Origin: Myxococcota bacterium
Lineage (GTDB): Bacteria > Myxococcota > JACRCW01
Assembly: GCA_040752415.1 (NCBI GenBank)
Contig: JBFMGU010000008.1
Span: 1-64,000, forward strand
Reading direction: 5' to 3'
DNA length: 64,000 bases
The notes below the pieces were generated by a model. It was not told the origin of the DNA, did no database searches, and saw only the letters and a program-made list of their open reading frames with translations. The position numbers and the translations under genes were made by a program. This document shows positions 49,050 through 58,653 of this stretch, piece by piece (position 1 is the first letter of the stretch; each line of letters starts with the position of its first letter).

Positions 49050-50038
49050 ACCGCACCTATGACCTGCTCAACCTCCGCAGCAGCGGCAACCCGGGCTTTG
49101 CCCGACTGTTCTCCCGCGCCCACAGCCACGCCTGGGACATCGACCGCGACGTCGACTGGACGCAGGGGCTGCACACCGACGACGAGCTGGTGGCGGCGGG
49201 CTGGGCGCCCTACTCCCGCACCGAAGCCTATGCGCGGCTAAGCGCACAGGAGCGCGCGCATTTCAACCGTCGCGCGTTGTCGTGGACGCTCAACAGCCTG
49301 CGGCTGGGCGAGAGTGTGGCCTTGGAGGTGTGCCTCAAGATTGCGCAGGGGACGCGGCTGGATGACTACCGCAACCACGCGGCGGCGCAGGCCATGGATG
49401 AGGCGCGGCACCACCAGGTCTATGTGCGGCTCATCGAGATGATGGGCGAGCCACCCGACGAGGTGGACCGCGCCACGCGCAACATGTTCGACGAGGTGCT
49501 CTCGCTGGACGAGCTGGTGGACCTGGTGGCGTGGGAGCAGTTCTACCTGGAGAGCGTGGCGGTGAACGTGCTGCGCGGCGTGCGCGACCACGCCACCCAC
49601 CCGCTGATCAAGAAGGTGTTCTCGCTCAACCTGCGCGACGAGGCGCGCCACCTGGGCTTTGGCGTGCTCTTCATCCAGGAGCACTTCAAGACGCTGAACC
49701 TGGAGGACCGCATTGCGTTTGCCCGACGGTGGCTCAACCAGATCCTCACGCTGAGCTTTGGCGGCCAGGACCCGGTGGCCATCCAGCGGCTCACGCGGTG
49801 GCTCTATGAGTCGGGCGTGGCGGACAGCGTGCAGACCGCCATGAACATGCTCAACCAGCAGGGCGTGGTGTTGCAGCAGGAGCTGGAAGCGGTGTTCCGC
49901 GGTGAGCGCATTCCGCAGGAGCTCAAGAGCGCGCAGCAGGCGGGACTGTTGGCGCCGGAGATCCTGGAGGCGCTGGGGCTGCAGAACCATCCGGTCATCC
50001 TGGGGACGCTGCGCTCGGCGGACCCGGTCTTCGAGTGA
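49046..50038 (+). CDS. Ferritin-like diiron protein (AurF/para-aminobenzoate N-oxygenase-like fold)
   Basis: W....DVDW, GE, DEARH, E and DEARH diiron ligand pattern; ATGA overlap. Confidence 0.85.
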   Translation: MNRTYDLLNLRSSGNPGFARLFSRAHSHAWDIDRDVDWTQGLHTDDELVAAGWAPYSRTEAYARLSAQERAHFNRRALSWTLNSLRLGESVALEVCLKIAQGTRLDDYRNHAAAQAMDEARHHQVYVRLIEMMGEPPDEVDRATRNMFDEVLSLDELVDLVAWEQFYLESVAVNVLRGVRDHATHPLIKKVFSLNLRDEARHLGFGVLFIQEHFKTLNLEDRIAFARRWLNQILTLSFGGQDPVAIQRLTRWLYESGVADSVQTAMNMLNQQGVVLQQELEAVFRGERIPQELKSAQQAGLLAPEILEALGLQNHPVILGTLRSADPVFE

Positions 50039-50868
50039 CGCTCCACGACGTCGAGAAGGTACCCGGGGCGGGCGTGCGGCTGATGGCTCGCGGTCGCCGG
50101 CTGGGGGAGCTGGATGTGGCCGCGCTGGGCGCGCTGGTGCGCGGTGAAGGCGCGGTGCTCCTGCGTGGATTCCAGCCCCGGGCGGAGGAGTACGCCACGC
50201 TGATGCGGCGGCTGCTGCGTCGGCACAAGCACACGCCGGTGCACCGTGGGACGCATCCGCTCCACCGGCTGCTCCAGACCACCACGCCGGGAACGCAGGC
50301 CATGAGCTACCACGCGGAGTACGCGCACCTGCCGGACCGCGTGGATGTCATCTCGTTCTGGTGCCAGGTTCCCGGCGGGGAGACCCGCGTGTGCGACGGG
50401 GCGCGGTTGATGGACGCGGTTTCTCCGACGACACGCGAGCTCCTCACCGCGCAGCGCATCCGCTACCTGGCGTGGCACGACCCCGCGGCGTGGACGGCGG
50501 CATGCGGCACCCACGACGTCACCGAGGTGCAGAAGCAGGCGGAGGGGATGGCGGGATACCAGGTGCACCCGGGGCCGGGTGGCGGGCTCATCACTGAATT
50601 CACCACGGGCGCCATCACCGGGCCGACTCCCGCGCTGGTGGCGAACCTGCTTCCCGGTGCGTACGCGGCGCTCACGGTGGTGCTGGAGGACGGGAGGCCG
50701 GTTCCGGGTGACGTGGTGGAGGATGTCCGGTCTTCCGCGGGGCGTTGCGGCGTAGGCATGGTGTGGGAGCCGGGTGACGTCGTGCTGCTGGACAACTGGC
50801 GCATGCTGCATGGGCGCGGGGAGCAGACGACGTCGCGGAAGGCGTGGGCGGTGCTGGGGTACTGGTGA
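50035..50868 (+). CDS. TauD/TfdA-family Fe(II)/2-oxoglutarate dioxygenase
   Basis: GAVLLRGF, H-A-E, GGET..CDG and W..GDVVLLDNWRMLHGR motifs; GTGA overlap. Confidence 0.88.
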   Translation: MTLHDVEKVPGAGVRLMARGRRLGELDVAALGALVRGEGAVLLRGFQPRAEEYATLMRRLLRRHKHTPVHRGTHPLHRLLQTTTPGTQAMSYHAEYAHLPDRVDVISFWCQVPGGETRVCDGARLMDAVSPTTRELLTAQRIRYLAWHDPAAWTAACGTHDVTEVQKQAEGMAGYQVHPGPGGGLITEFTTGAITGPTPALVANLLPGAYAALTVVLEDGRPVPGDVVEDVRSSAGRCGVGMVWEPGDVVLLDNWRMLHGRGEQTTSRKAWAVLGYW

Positions 50869-50885
50869 GGACCGTTCAGGGTTCC

Positions 50886-52259
50886 TCACGGTCTCCGCGG
50901 CGTGGCCCCCACGCACTGGAGGCCCTCTTCCGCGCGCCACGTCAGCGACGCCGCCGCCAGCGTGAACACCGGCATCTCCGCCATCACCGCGCGCTCCAGG
51001 TATCCCGTCGACACCAGCTCCGCGAGCACGTCGGCACCCATGGGCTGCACATGCACCGCCAGCTCCACGCGGTCCGGCTGCTCTCCCGCGTACACGTACG
51101 CGCGCGTGCGGTGCGTCTGCGTCCAACCGGGGTCGCTCGGCAACAACGCCGTGGGAGCGGGCATCAACACGCTGTCATAACGCGCGGCCTCCCAGAACAG
51201 GTGCGTGGGCGCGTCGGCCTCGTCGTACAGCCAGTCGCGCATGAGCCAGAGGTTCTCGTCGCCGGAGCGGGTGATGTCGCCGTGGGGCGGGAGCACGCCA
51301 CTGGAGTACGCCAGCTCCTCCCCGCGGTACGCCTTCACCTCCACCCACACCCGACGATCCTGCGCCGCCCCGCTCGGAAACGCGTGCCCCGCGGCGATGT
51401 TCTCCAGCGTCACCTGGATATCCACCACGCCACCCTCGCGGTACACGCACAGCTCACTGAGCAGCGTGGAATCCAGCATCCGCTGCACCTGCGCGCGCTG
51501 CTCCTCGCGGTTCGGGAACTCGGTCAGCGCCACGTCGACACCCGGCCACGCGTGCGAGTGGGTCCTGCGCGTGGGCCCTCCCGTCGCCGCCGGCGCATTG
51601 CGACCATCCATGTGGCACGCGTTGCACGTGAGCCCGCCCTCCGACGGGGGTCGCGAGTAGATGCTGTGCTGCCACTCCTTGAACGTGCGCTCCAGCTCGA
51701 CGTTGCGTGGCGTGACGATGTCATGGCAGCTCCCGCACAACGTGGCGGACTCCACGGAATCCCGCGCGTGCAACGCTGAGTACTCCGCGCGGTGCGCCGG
51801 ATTGGCCACGGGATTGCGGAACCCTCCGCGCATGATTCCGTCCATGGACAGTCGCAGCGGGTTGTTGTGCGTGCCCTCCACCCCGACGACGGAATGGCAA
51901 TAGAAACACGTCACACCCTGCAGGTGCTCCGGGAGCTCCGCGGCATTGAGCCCATCGGTGGTCGCGCCCAGGGCCACGGCGAGCGGAGCGTGGCAACGGA
52001 TGCAGAAGTCCCCGAGCGCGCCGTTGGTGGCCTCCTGCCCTCGTCGGTTCATCGCCAGGAAGACCGGGTCCCGCGCGGCATACGCGTGCATGCTCCCCGA
52101 CCACTCCCGGTAGTGCTCCGCGTGGCAACCGGCGCACGTCACCGGGTCCATGAGCTCCTCGACGGACAACGACGTCCTCCCCGCATCCGCGGCGCCACCA
52201 CCGCCGGAGGTGCATCCCAGCGCCAGGAGCATCACACCCACGTACCGCATCCGCGTCAT
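50886..52259 (-). CDS. Pentaheme c-type cytochrome lipoprotein (cytochrome c554-like N-terminus)
   Basis: CAGCH, CIRCH, CFYCH, CGSCH and CNACH; W..SMHA; AGH.FPSG; LALGC lipobox. Confidence 0.9.
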   Translation of the reverse strand: MTRMRYVGVMLLALGCTSGGGGAADAGRTSLSVEELMDPVTCAGCHAEHYREWSGSMHAYAARDPVFLAMNRRGQEATNGALGDFCIRCHAPLAVALGATTDGLNAAELPEHLQGVTCFYCHSVVGVEGTHNNPLRLSMDGIMRGGFRNPVANPAHRAEYSALHARDSVESATLCGSCHDIVTPRNVELERTFKEWQHSIYSRPPSEGGLTCNACHMDGRNAPAATGGPTRRTHSHAWPGVDVALTEFPNREEQRAQVQRMLDSTLLSELCVYREGGVVDIQVTLENIAAGHAFPSGAAQDRRVWVEVKAYRGEELAYSSGVLPPHGDITRSGDENLWLMRDWLYDEADAPTHLFWEAARYDSVLMPAPTALLPSDPGWTQTHRTRAYVYAGEQPDRVELAVHVQPMGADVLAELVSTGYLERAVMAEMPVFTLAAASLTWRAEEGLQCVGATPRRP

Positions 52260-52262
52260 GCC

Positions 52263-52733
52263 TCAGCCCTCGATGCACGCGTGGAAGGTGATGATCTCCT
52301 CCGCGCCTCCGTCGGGGGTGACGTGCACGTTGAGCTCCCAGCGCCCGGGCATGAACAGGTTGAAGGGGCCCACCTGGTACTCCCCCGTCGTCGACTCGGT
52401 GCCCGGAAAGTCGGCGGGGTTGGTACCGTGCCCGTGCTGCGGCATGAACGGCTTCAGCGTCACCTGCGCGCCGCCCACCGGTGTCGTCGTGGCTGGGGTC
52501 TCCACGCGCAGGATCCAGGTGTTGTCGCCCTTCTCCGCGGGCTCCGGCGTCATCCGCTGGATGCGTACCTGCACCGCCCCGCCGTCGGCGCGGCGCGCCA
52601 GCCCGGCCATCGCGTCGTCGTCACAGATGCCGCTCGCGTCGGGCTGCTGGCCGCCGTCCACGCCCCCGTCCGCGCCGCCCATCACCCCGCAGCCCGTCGT
52701 CAGGGCCATCCACAGGAAACACCAGTGTCTCAT
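52263..52733 (-). CDS. FixH/YtkA-like lipoprotein
   Basis: LTTGC lipobox; PFMPQHGHG, GEY and LFMPGRWE motifs. Confidence 0.8.
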   Translation of the reverse strand: MRHWCFLWMALTTGCGVMGGADGGVDGGQQPDASGICDDDAMAGLARRADGGAVQVRIQRMTPEPAEKGDNTWILRVETPATTTPVGGAQVTLKPFMPQHGHGTNPADFPGTESTTGEYQVGPFNLFMPGRWELNVHVTPDGGAEEIITFHACIEG

Positions 52734-52858
52734 CACGCGGGCAACGTACAACGCCCCCGTGGGTGGTGAAACCGTAATGTCTGGCGAAACGCTTGCGTGC
52801 GCGGGTCGGGAATGGGACGCGCCGCGGGAGAGGGACGGGCGCGCCGGCGGAGCGAGGA

Positions 52859-53257
52859 TCAGATGGCGCGGTTGGTGAGGTCGTCGACCGACATTCCCTC
52901 GTAGTCGGACGAGAACTCCACCACGGCCTTCCACGTCTGGGCGAGGCGACGGCCCTCCGCGGTGTCGAGCGCCTTGCTGTCGTCCAGGTCGGCCTTGGCA
53001 ATGGCCTTCATGGCGTCGGCCAGGGCGCGGTTCACCTCGGTGATGGAGGGGCTGGCCTTGCCGGTCTTGGCCGCCGCGTAGCGGTGCACCTTGTCCAGCG
53101 CTGTGTCGAGGGAGCCACCGTCGCCATAGGTATCCTTGAGCAGCGAGATGTCCCGCTTGGAAACCTTGCCATCGGTGCGGCCCACGGAGTCTGCTTCCTT
53201 CATCAACGCGGAAAGCAGTTGGACGCCAGAGCGAACGGTGCTGAGCTTCACGGACAT
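52859..53257 (-). CDS. Small helical protein with EF-hand-like loops
   Basis: GAGGAG RBS; DGKVSKRD and DLDDSKALDTAE loops; strong codon bias. Confidence 0.7.
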   Translation of the reverse strand: MSVKLSTVRSGVQLLSALMKEADSVGRTDGKVSKRDISLLKDTYGDGGSLDTALDKVHRYAAAKTGKASPSITEVNRALADAMKAIAKADLDDSKALDTAEGRRLAQTWKAVVEFSSDYEGMSVDDLTNRAI

Positions 53258-53321
53258 GGGTCTCTCCTCTGATCAGGCGTCGCCGTCATCAACGACGAGG
53301 CCGGGGTTGGACGTGGTGCTG

Positions 53322-53753
53322 CTAACGGGACGTGCCGGGTTTGCGGGTGCTGTTGTCCACGCGGGCCCCCAGCGCGGACATCTTCTCCAGGCCCGCGAAA
53401 CACGCGGCCAGGCGGGGAAGCAGGTGGTTGGGATCCTCGACGACCAAGGCGCGCGCCTCCAGCGCCTGCCGCACATCCAGGGTGCCGTCGACGAGACGCT
53501 CCAGCGCCTTCACCGTCAACCCCAACCGGAGCACGGGGTTCTCCACCTGCTCCGGCACCACGCAGATGCGGCCTTCCCGCGCCACCAGGGCCCAGGGGAC
53601 ACGTGCGACGTCGGTGGCAATGATCAGCTCCACCGGTCCGCCCACGCGCTGGAACACGGCCACGGGCTGATCCCACAACGCGCGCTGGAGGCGGTGCATG
53701 GCCAGCACCATGCGTGCCGCGGGATCCCTGGTAGGAACCGAGGGTGCCGTCAT
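53322..53753 (-). CDS. SCP2 sterol/lipid-carrier-like protein
   Basis: GGAGG RBS; L..LVDG.LD..QA.....L.V pattern. Confidence 0.55.
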   Translation of the reverse strand: MTAPSVPTRDPAARMVLAMHRLQRALWDQPVAVFQRVGGPVELIIATDVARVPWALVAREGRICVVPEQVENPVLRLGLTVKALERLVDGTLDVRQALEARALVVEDPNHLLPRLAACFAGLEKMSALGARVDNSTRKPGTSR

Positions 53754-53863
53754 GATCCCTCCACGCGTTCGCCCGACGGGCGCACGGGCCCCTGCATGCC
53801 GCGCGGGAAAACGAAGTGCAAGGTCTGGCCGGTGACAACGCGGTGAAATTGGAGAGGTCCTCC

Positions 53864-56788
53864 ATGGCCCGGTCTGCGGTCCGCTCGCTTCGCTGGAGTT
53901 CGGGAACCGACGCGACGACGCGGCGCGCCGTGGAAGCCATCCTGCCTCCGCACCGCCTGGAGCTGTTGCCGCTGTTGGGGGAGGGCCGCACGGGAAGGGT
54001 GTTCCAGCAGGGCAAGCTGGCCATCAAGGTGGCCCATCCCGACCCGGTGTCCCGACGAGCCCTCTGCTCGGAGGCGCGCAATCTCCAACACCTGAACAAG
54101 CGTGGCGCGGCGACTCCACGACTCCTGGCCTGGATTCCCGACGGGCGTCTGCTGGTCCGCGACGTCGTGACGGGCACGCCGCTGATTCCGTTGCTCCAGC
54201 AGCAGGCGCCCTCCCCCGCGCTCCTGCAACAACTCTGGGAGCTGCTGCTGGCCACGCGCGACGTCGAGAAGGACACCGGTGAGGCCGTGGACTTCACGCC
54301 CGCGAACATCCTGGTGCAACGGAACCGGCCCGTGCTCGTCGACGCGGGACCGCGGCCGGGCGGCTCCATGTTCCGCCGGGTCCACGACGTCGATTCGCTG
54401 GCCCAGGCGCTGGACGCATACCTGGTCTGGAAAGACTCGCCCGCTGGAGCGGTGCCGCTGCTGCCCCCTCGCATGCCGGTGAACCCGGAGCTTCACGTCG
54501 AGGTTCCCGTCGGAGCGCCCCGTGGCGGCCAGCTGCTGTGGAGCAACCAGCGCCTCATGGACGTGATGGGTCGACGCTGGACCGAGCAGGAACTGAGCGC
54601 CGCGTTCAACCTGGCCACGCACGGTCGACCGGTCACGCGTGTCGGCGCGGCAACGCGCTACCAGGAGTCGCTGGAGTACTCACCGCGGGGCGCCAAGGGA
54701 GATGGGCGCGGGGTGTGGGTGGGCCGCGTGCCCGGAGCGCCGTACGGCACGCACGACGTCATGCTCAAGGGCGTGGGCCGCACGCCACTGGCCTGGCTGG
54801 GCAAGCGGTACCACCAGGACGGTTTCGTGAGCCTGCCGCGCACGCTGTGGGAAGCCGCCGTTGCCGAGGAGCTGGCCCGCCTGGGTTTCGAGGTGCCGCG
54901 CGTCCTGGCGATCTTCAGCACCGGCAAGTCCACCCTCGACAACACGCACCGTCGCTGGCCCGCGGCCATGGCGGTCCGCGTGGCTTCCACCCACTGGCGA
55001 CTGGGCCACCTGCGCCGCGCCTCCACCGACGGAGAGCAGTTCACCGCGCTGCTGCACCACGTCGGGCGCGCGCTGCACGGGTCCTCGTTCGACGCTCGGC
55101 GTGGGAAGGACCAGGAAGAGCTGTTGTGGACCTTCGCGAGGAACCTGGGCCACAACGTGGGCCGTTCCGAAGCGCTCAACATCCTGTGCTTCAGCACCTC
55201 CCCGGGCAACGTGCGCGTCGACGGGCACTTCCTCGATTTCTCGACGGTGCGCTTCTTCCGCAGCTACCTGCCGGACTGGCGCTATCTGGACGTTCCGCGC
55301 AAGGTCGTGGCCACGCAGAACCACTGGCGTGTGTTCGTGGTGCAGTTCGCGCAGTGTTTCCGTCGTGCGGGCCTGTGGTCGGAGCGGAAGGAGCTGCACG
55401 CCGCGCGGCAGGCCACCGCGTTGTTCAACGGCGAGTACCACCGCGGCTACCTGGAAGGGTTCAACGCCTTCGCAGGCCTGGAGCCCCAGCACCTGGCGCG
55501 GCTCACGACGGAAAATGCGTCCGCGCTGGTGCGTGCCCTGAAGGCTGCGCGAGCCCTACGGTCCGAAGGCTACGTCGAGAGTGCCGCGTGGGGTCAACGG
55601 TGTCCGGCCCCGCTCCTCGACGTCGAAGGACGCACGCGCCAGTTCGTCACCGCGTGGGTCGACGGCCAGGAGGACCCGTGGCGACAGTGGCTGACCCACC
55701 CGGTTGTCGACGTGAACGAAGAGTCCGCCGCGGTGTGCCGCGAGCTTGTGGATCAGCTCTCGCGCATCATTCCGCCCGCCGCGCGTCGTGTTGCGCAGCC
55801 GCGGTCCTGGGACGAGGTGATCCGACCCGCCTGGGAGAAGGATGCCCTGGCGCGCACCTGCTACCAGCGCAATGGCCGCCGCGCGCTCCAGGAGTGGCGT
55901 TCCCTCCACGACGGAGAATGGCCTCTTCCTCCGGGCGCATACCCGTACCTGCGGGCGCGTCAGCTCGCCCGGGCGCTGGGTCACGTGGCCCTGCCCGGCC
56001 TTGAAGGGCCGCGCTACGAGTACGTGGTGGGACTCACTCCAAAGCTCGCACGCGGCATCGTGGCGGCGTGCCGCAAGGTGCTGGGAGCTGCGCTGTTGGG
56101 CGTGGTGATCCACGGCAGCCGCGTGATGACGCGCGAGCGCGTTGCGGTGGCGTCGGGACGACAATTGGTGGGGAAGGCTCGGTCCGACGTGGTGCGGGAA
56201 GGTGGGCCGGCACCGGGAGCGTCGTCGGACCTGGACCTCAAGGTCTTTGTCGACGGGACAGGCCTGGACCACGAGGAGGCTGAGCTGCGACTGGGCGCCG
56301 CGCTGCGCAGGCTGGGTGCACCGTTCGCGTTGCCCGCCCGCATCCCGCCGCGACAACGCATCATCGTCGCTCCTCGCGCATCCCTCGTCGACGCGTTCCG
56401 CTGGTACAACGGGGGACCTCGTCGTCAACAACAGGGCAAGCCGCCCATCCCGGAATGCCAGGTGGTGGTGCTCCACGACGCACGCGGCTCCCGCCGTCCC
56501 TCCCCGCGCCGGGTCCAGGCACTGGCGCGCTCACGTCCTCCCGCGACGGTGATTCCGTTGCAGCGCCTGCTTCCGGGCACGGCACGCGACGCCACCAACA
56601 CCCTCTGCCCGCTCGACGTGCACATGCTGGAGATGGTGCTGCGAGACCGGCCCGACATCCCGGTGCCGGCGCTGGAAGTGGTGCCCGACGGACCGCGCTT
56701 CCGCGTGGTGGCCGGGGAAGGTGCACGTCGTGCGGCGGAACGCGCGGGCCGGAGTGTCGTCGGAATCAGGATTCGTCCGCGGCCATGA
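53864..56788 (+). CDS. Multidomain fusion: protein-kinase-like, SelO/YdiU-like, Pol-beta-type nucleotidyltransferase and degenerate ParB/Srx-like domains
   Basis: LGEGRTGRVF/AIK/D..PANIL/LVDAG; GDGRG/LKGVGRTP/DG/E...E.L..LG/RVA.THWRLGH/GN....DF; HGSR...SDLDL; FRVVAGE..RRAA..AG; GGAGAGG RBS. Confidence 0.75.
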   Translation: MARSAVRSLRWSSGTDATTRRAVEAILPPHRLELLPLLGEGRTGRVFQQGKLAIKVAHPDPVSRRALCSEARNLQHLNKRGAATPRLLAWIPDGRLLVRDVVTGTPLIPLLQQQAPSPALLQQLWELLLATRDVEKDTGEAVDFTPANILVQRNRPVLVDAGPRPGGSMFRRVHDVDSLAQALDAYLVWKDSPAGAVPLLPPRMPVNPELHVEVPVGAPRGGQLLWSNQRLMDVMGRRWTEQELSAAFNLATHGRPVTRVGAATRYQESLEYSPRGAKGDGRGVWVGRVPGAPYGTHDVMLKGVGRTPLAWLGKRYHQDGFVSLPRTLWEAAVAEELARLGFEVPRVLAIFSTGKSTLDNTHRRWPAAMAVRVASTHWRLGHLRRASTDGEQFTALLHHVGRALHGSSFDARRGKDQEELLWTFARNLGHNVGRSEALNILCFSTSPGNVRVDGHFLDFSTVRFFRSYLPDWRYLDVPRKVVATQNHWRVFVVQFAQCFRRAGLWSERKELHAARQATALFNGEYHRGYLEGFNAFAGLEPQHLARLTTENASALVRALKAARALRSEGYVESAAWGQRCPAPLLDVEGRTRQFVTAWVDGQEDPWRQWLTHPVVDVNEESAAVCRELVDQLSRIIPPAARRVAQPRSWDEVIRPAWEKDALARTCYQRNGRRALQEWRSLHDGEWPLPPGAYPYLRARQLARALGHVALPGLEGPRYEYVVGLTPKLARGIVAACRKVLGAALLGVVIHGSRVMTRERVAVASGRQLVGKARSDVVREGGPAPGASSDLDLKVFVDGTGLDHEEAELRLGAALRRLGAPFALPARIPPRQRIIVAPRASLVDAFRWYNGGPRRQQQGKPPIPECQVVVLHDARGSRRPSPRRVQALARSRPPATVIPLQRLLPGTARDATNTLCPLDVHMLEMVLRDRPDIPVPALEVVPDGPRFRVVAGEGARRAAERAGRSVVGIRIRPRP

Positions 56789-57680
56789 CGCGCTGCAACG
56801 TGCGGGTGCGGTTCTCCATGGCCGGCGTCATGCGGTGCGTGCAGGTGGCGCAGGCGGGCAGGCCGGAGAAGTCCGCGCGCAACAGCCGGGAGCGCGCCTC
56901 CTGCATGAGGACACCATTCCACAGCTCCGTGAACGGCGTGCTCCCGACGTGGCCGAGCACGTACGGCGCATTTTCCGGCAGCGAGGTGTCGTAGATGTGG
57001 CAGCAGAGCTTGAGGTGCCCATGCACGTCGATCGCCGCGGCCTGGACCGGCAACAAGCACGGACGGGTCCGCTTGGTTCGCGGCCGCAACTGCACCAGGC
57101 CCACGCTGCCGGCGCGGTCCGTGTAGTGCTCCACCACCGGCTGCCGCACCGAGATGCGCATGCGCCCAATCCGCGCCACGCGTTCCAGCTTGCGCGTCTT
57201 GCTGCGGGAAGCTCCGACGGGTTTGAGACCCACGCGGGCCAGGAAGCGCTCACTGACGTCGGGATCCGGCGGCGTGAATGCCTCCGCGTTCGACGGATAA
57301 CGGGTCACGCGGAGCTCGTTGACGCCGGCTGCCGCCAGCTCCTTGGCGTTGTTCGCCGTGAGGAAGTCGCCGTTCGTGTAGATGGTGAGCTTCGCGTGGG
57401 GCAGTTGTTCCCGGGCCTGCGCCACCCGCGTCATGAGGTTCGGGTCGGCCATGGGCTCGTTGTAGTTGTGGAACGCGAACCAGCCCCGGAAGTCGTGACG
57501 CCCGAGATCCTGCAACAGCGCGAGCCAGGTCTCCTCGGCCAGCCACTGCTCGCGCGTGCCGCGGTCGTGCCAGCCATTCGGACACCATGCGCAACGTCGG
57601 TTGCAGTACGTGCCAATCTCCACCTCCACGAACTGGGGAAGTGGCATGGGCCGCCGCGCGATTCCGGGGCTCAACCGCAT
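56766..57680 (-). CDS. Radical SAM protein with SPASM/twitch domain
   Basis: CNRRCAWC (CxxxCxxC), NEP, TNG; C.......IDVHG....CC, LG.V, ELWN and CATC. Start is 57680 or 57647. Confidence 0.9.
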   Translation of the reverse strand: MRLSPGIARRPMPLPQFVEVEIGTYCNRRCAWCPNGWHDRGTREQWLAEETWLALLQDLGRHDFRGWFAFHNYNEPMADPNLMTRVAQAREQLPHAKLTIYTNGDFLTANNAKELAAAGVNELRVTRYPSNAEAFTPPDPDVSERFLARVGLKPVGASRSKTRKLERVARIGRMRISVRQPVVEHYTDRAGSVGLVQLRPRTKRTRPCLLPVQAAAIDVHGHLKLCCHIYDTSLPENAPYVLGHVGSTPFTELWNGVLMQEARSRLLRADFSGLPACATCTHRMTPAMENRTRTLQRVMAADES

Positions 57681-57766
57681 GGGCCGCACTCTGCTTGGGC
57701 GGAACGCAGCGCACAAGCTTGACAGCAGCGCGTCCGTCTCGCTCTACCGACATCTCCGGGGTCGAC

Positions 57767-58648
57767 ATGGCGGCGTACGTCTCGGTGGTGATGACGGTTC
57801 ACAACGGCGCGGCGTACGTGGCCGAGGCGTGTCGCAGCATCCTGGCGCAGACCCACCGCGAGCTCGAGCTGCTCGTCGTCGACGACGGCTCCGAGGACGC
57901 GACCGCGGAAATCCTCCGTGGCATCACCGACCCGCGCCTGCGCTGCCTGCGGTTGGACAAGCCGCTGGGCCCCTTTGCCGCCGCCAACCGCGCGCTCGAC
58001 GAGGCGCAAGGGGACCTCATTGCGCGCCTGGATGCCGATGACGTGGCGGAAGTGGAGCGGGTGGCGGCGCAGGTGGCGTACCTGGAAGCGCACCCTGAGG
58101 TGGGACTGCTGGGAAGTGGAGCCACACGCATCCGCGCCGACGGAACCACGCTGGACACCTGGCGCGTGCCCGTGTCTGACGTCGACATCCGCTTCATGTC
58201 GTTGCTTGGCTGCTGCCTGATCCACTCCTCGGTGATGGTGCGCGCGGAGCTGTTGCGAGGGGCCCATGAGCGCTACCGCGAGGATCCCCCCGTGGCCGGG
58301 GACTACGACCTCTGGACGCGCCTGCTCCCACGGACCCGCGCCGCCGCGCTCCCCGAGCCGCTGGTGCGTTACCGCGTGTGGGACGGGAGCATCTCGGTTC
58401 GTCGTCGGGCGGAGCAGGAACGCCTGCACACCGCCATTGCGCGACGTTGGATGGCCGAGACGCTCGGGCTGGGCGCCACGGATGAGGACGTGGCCTCGCT
58501 TCGGACGTGGCTGATGACGCCCGCGCGGGAACCCGGGTCGCGCAGCCGGGTACTCTGGGAGGATCTGTCACATCGCTTCGCCGAGCGCGTGGGACCTCCG
58601 CCGTCCTTCTCCGACGCCGCGGTGCTGGCGCGACCCTGGGTGCGTTGA
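57767..58648 (+). CDS. Glycosyltransferase family 2
   Basis: VSVVMTVHNG, VDDGSED, ARLDADD, HSSVM.R and DYDLW motifs. Confidence 0.92.
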   Translation: MAAYVSVVMTVHNGAAYVAEACRSILAQTHRELELLVVDDGSEDATAEILRGITDPRLRCLRLDKPLGPFAAANRALDEAQGDLIARLDADDVAEVERVAAQVAYLEAHPEVGLLGSGATRIRADGTTLDTWRVPVSDVDIRFMSLLGCCLIHSSVMVRAELLRGAHERYREDPPVAGDYDLWTRLLPRTRAAALPEPLVRYRVWDGSISVRRRAEQERLHTAIARRWMAETLGLGATDEDVASLRTWLMTPAREPGSRSRVLWEDLSHRFAERVGPPPSFSDAAVLARPWVR

Positions 58649-58653
58649 GGGCT

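Noticed and set aside
52859..53753. RiPP precursor for the radical SAM/SPASM enzyme
   Set aside because: Neither small gene shows a leader/core pattern, and I saw no RRE/PqqD domain or peptidase.
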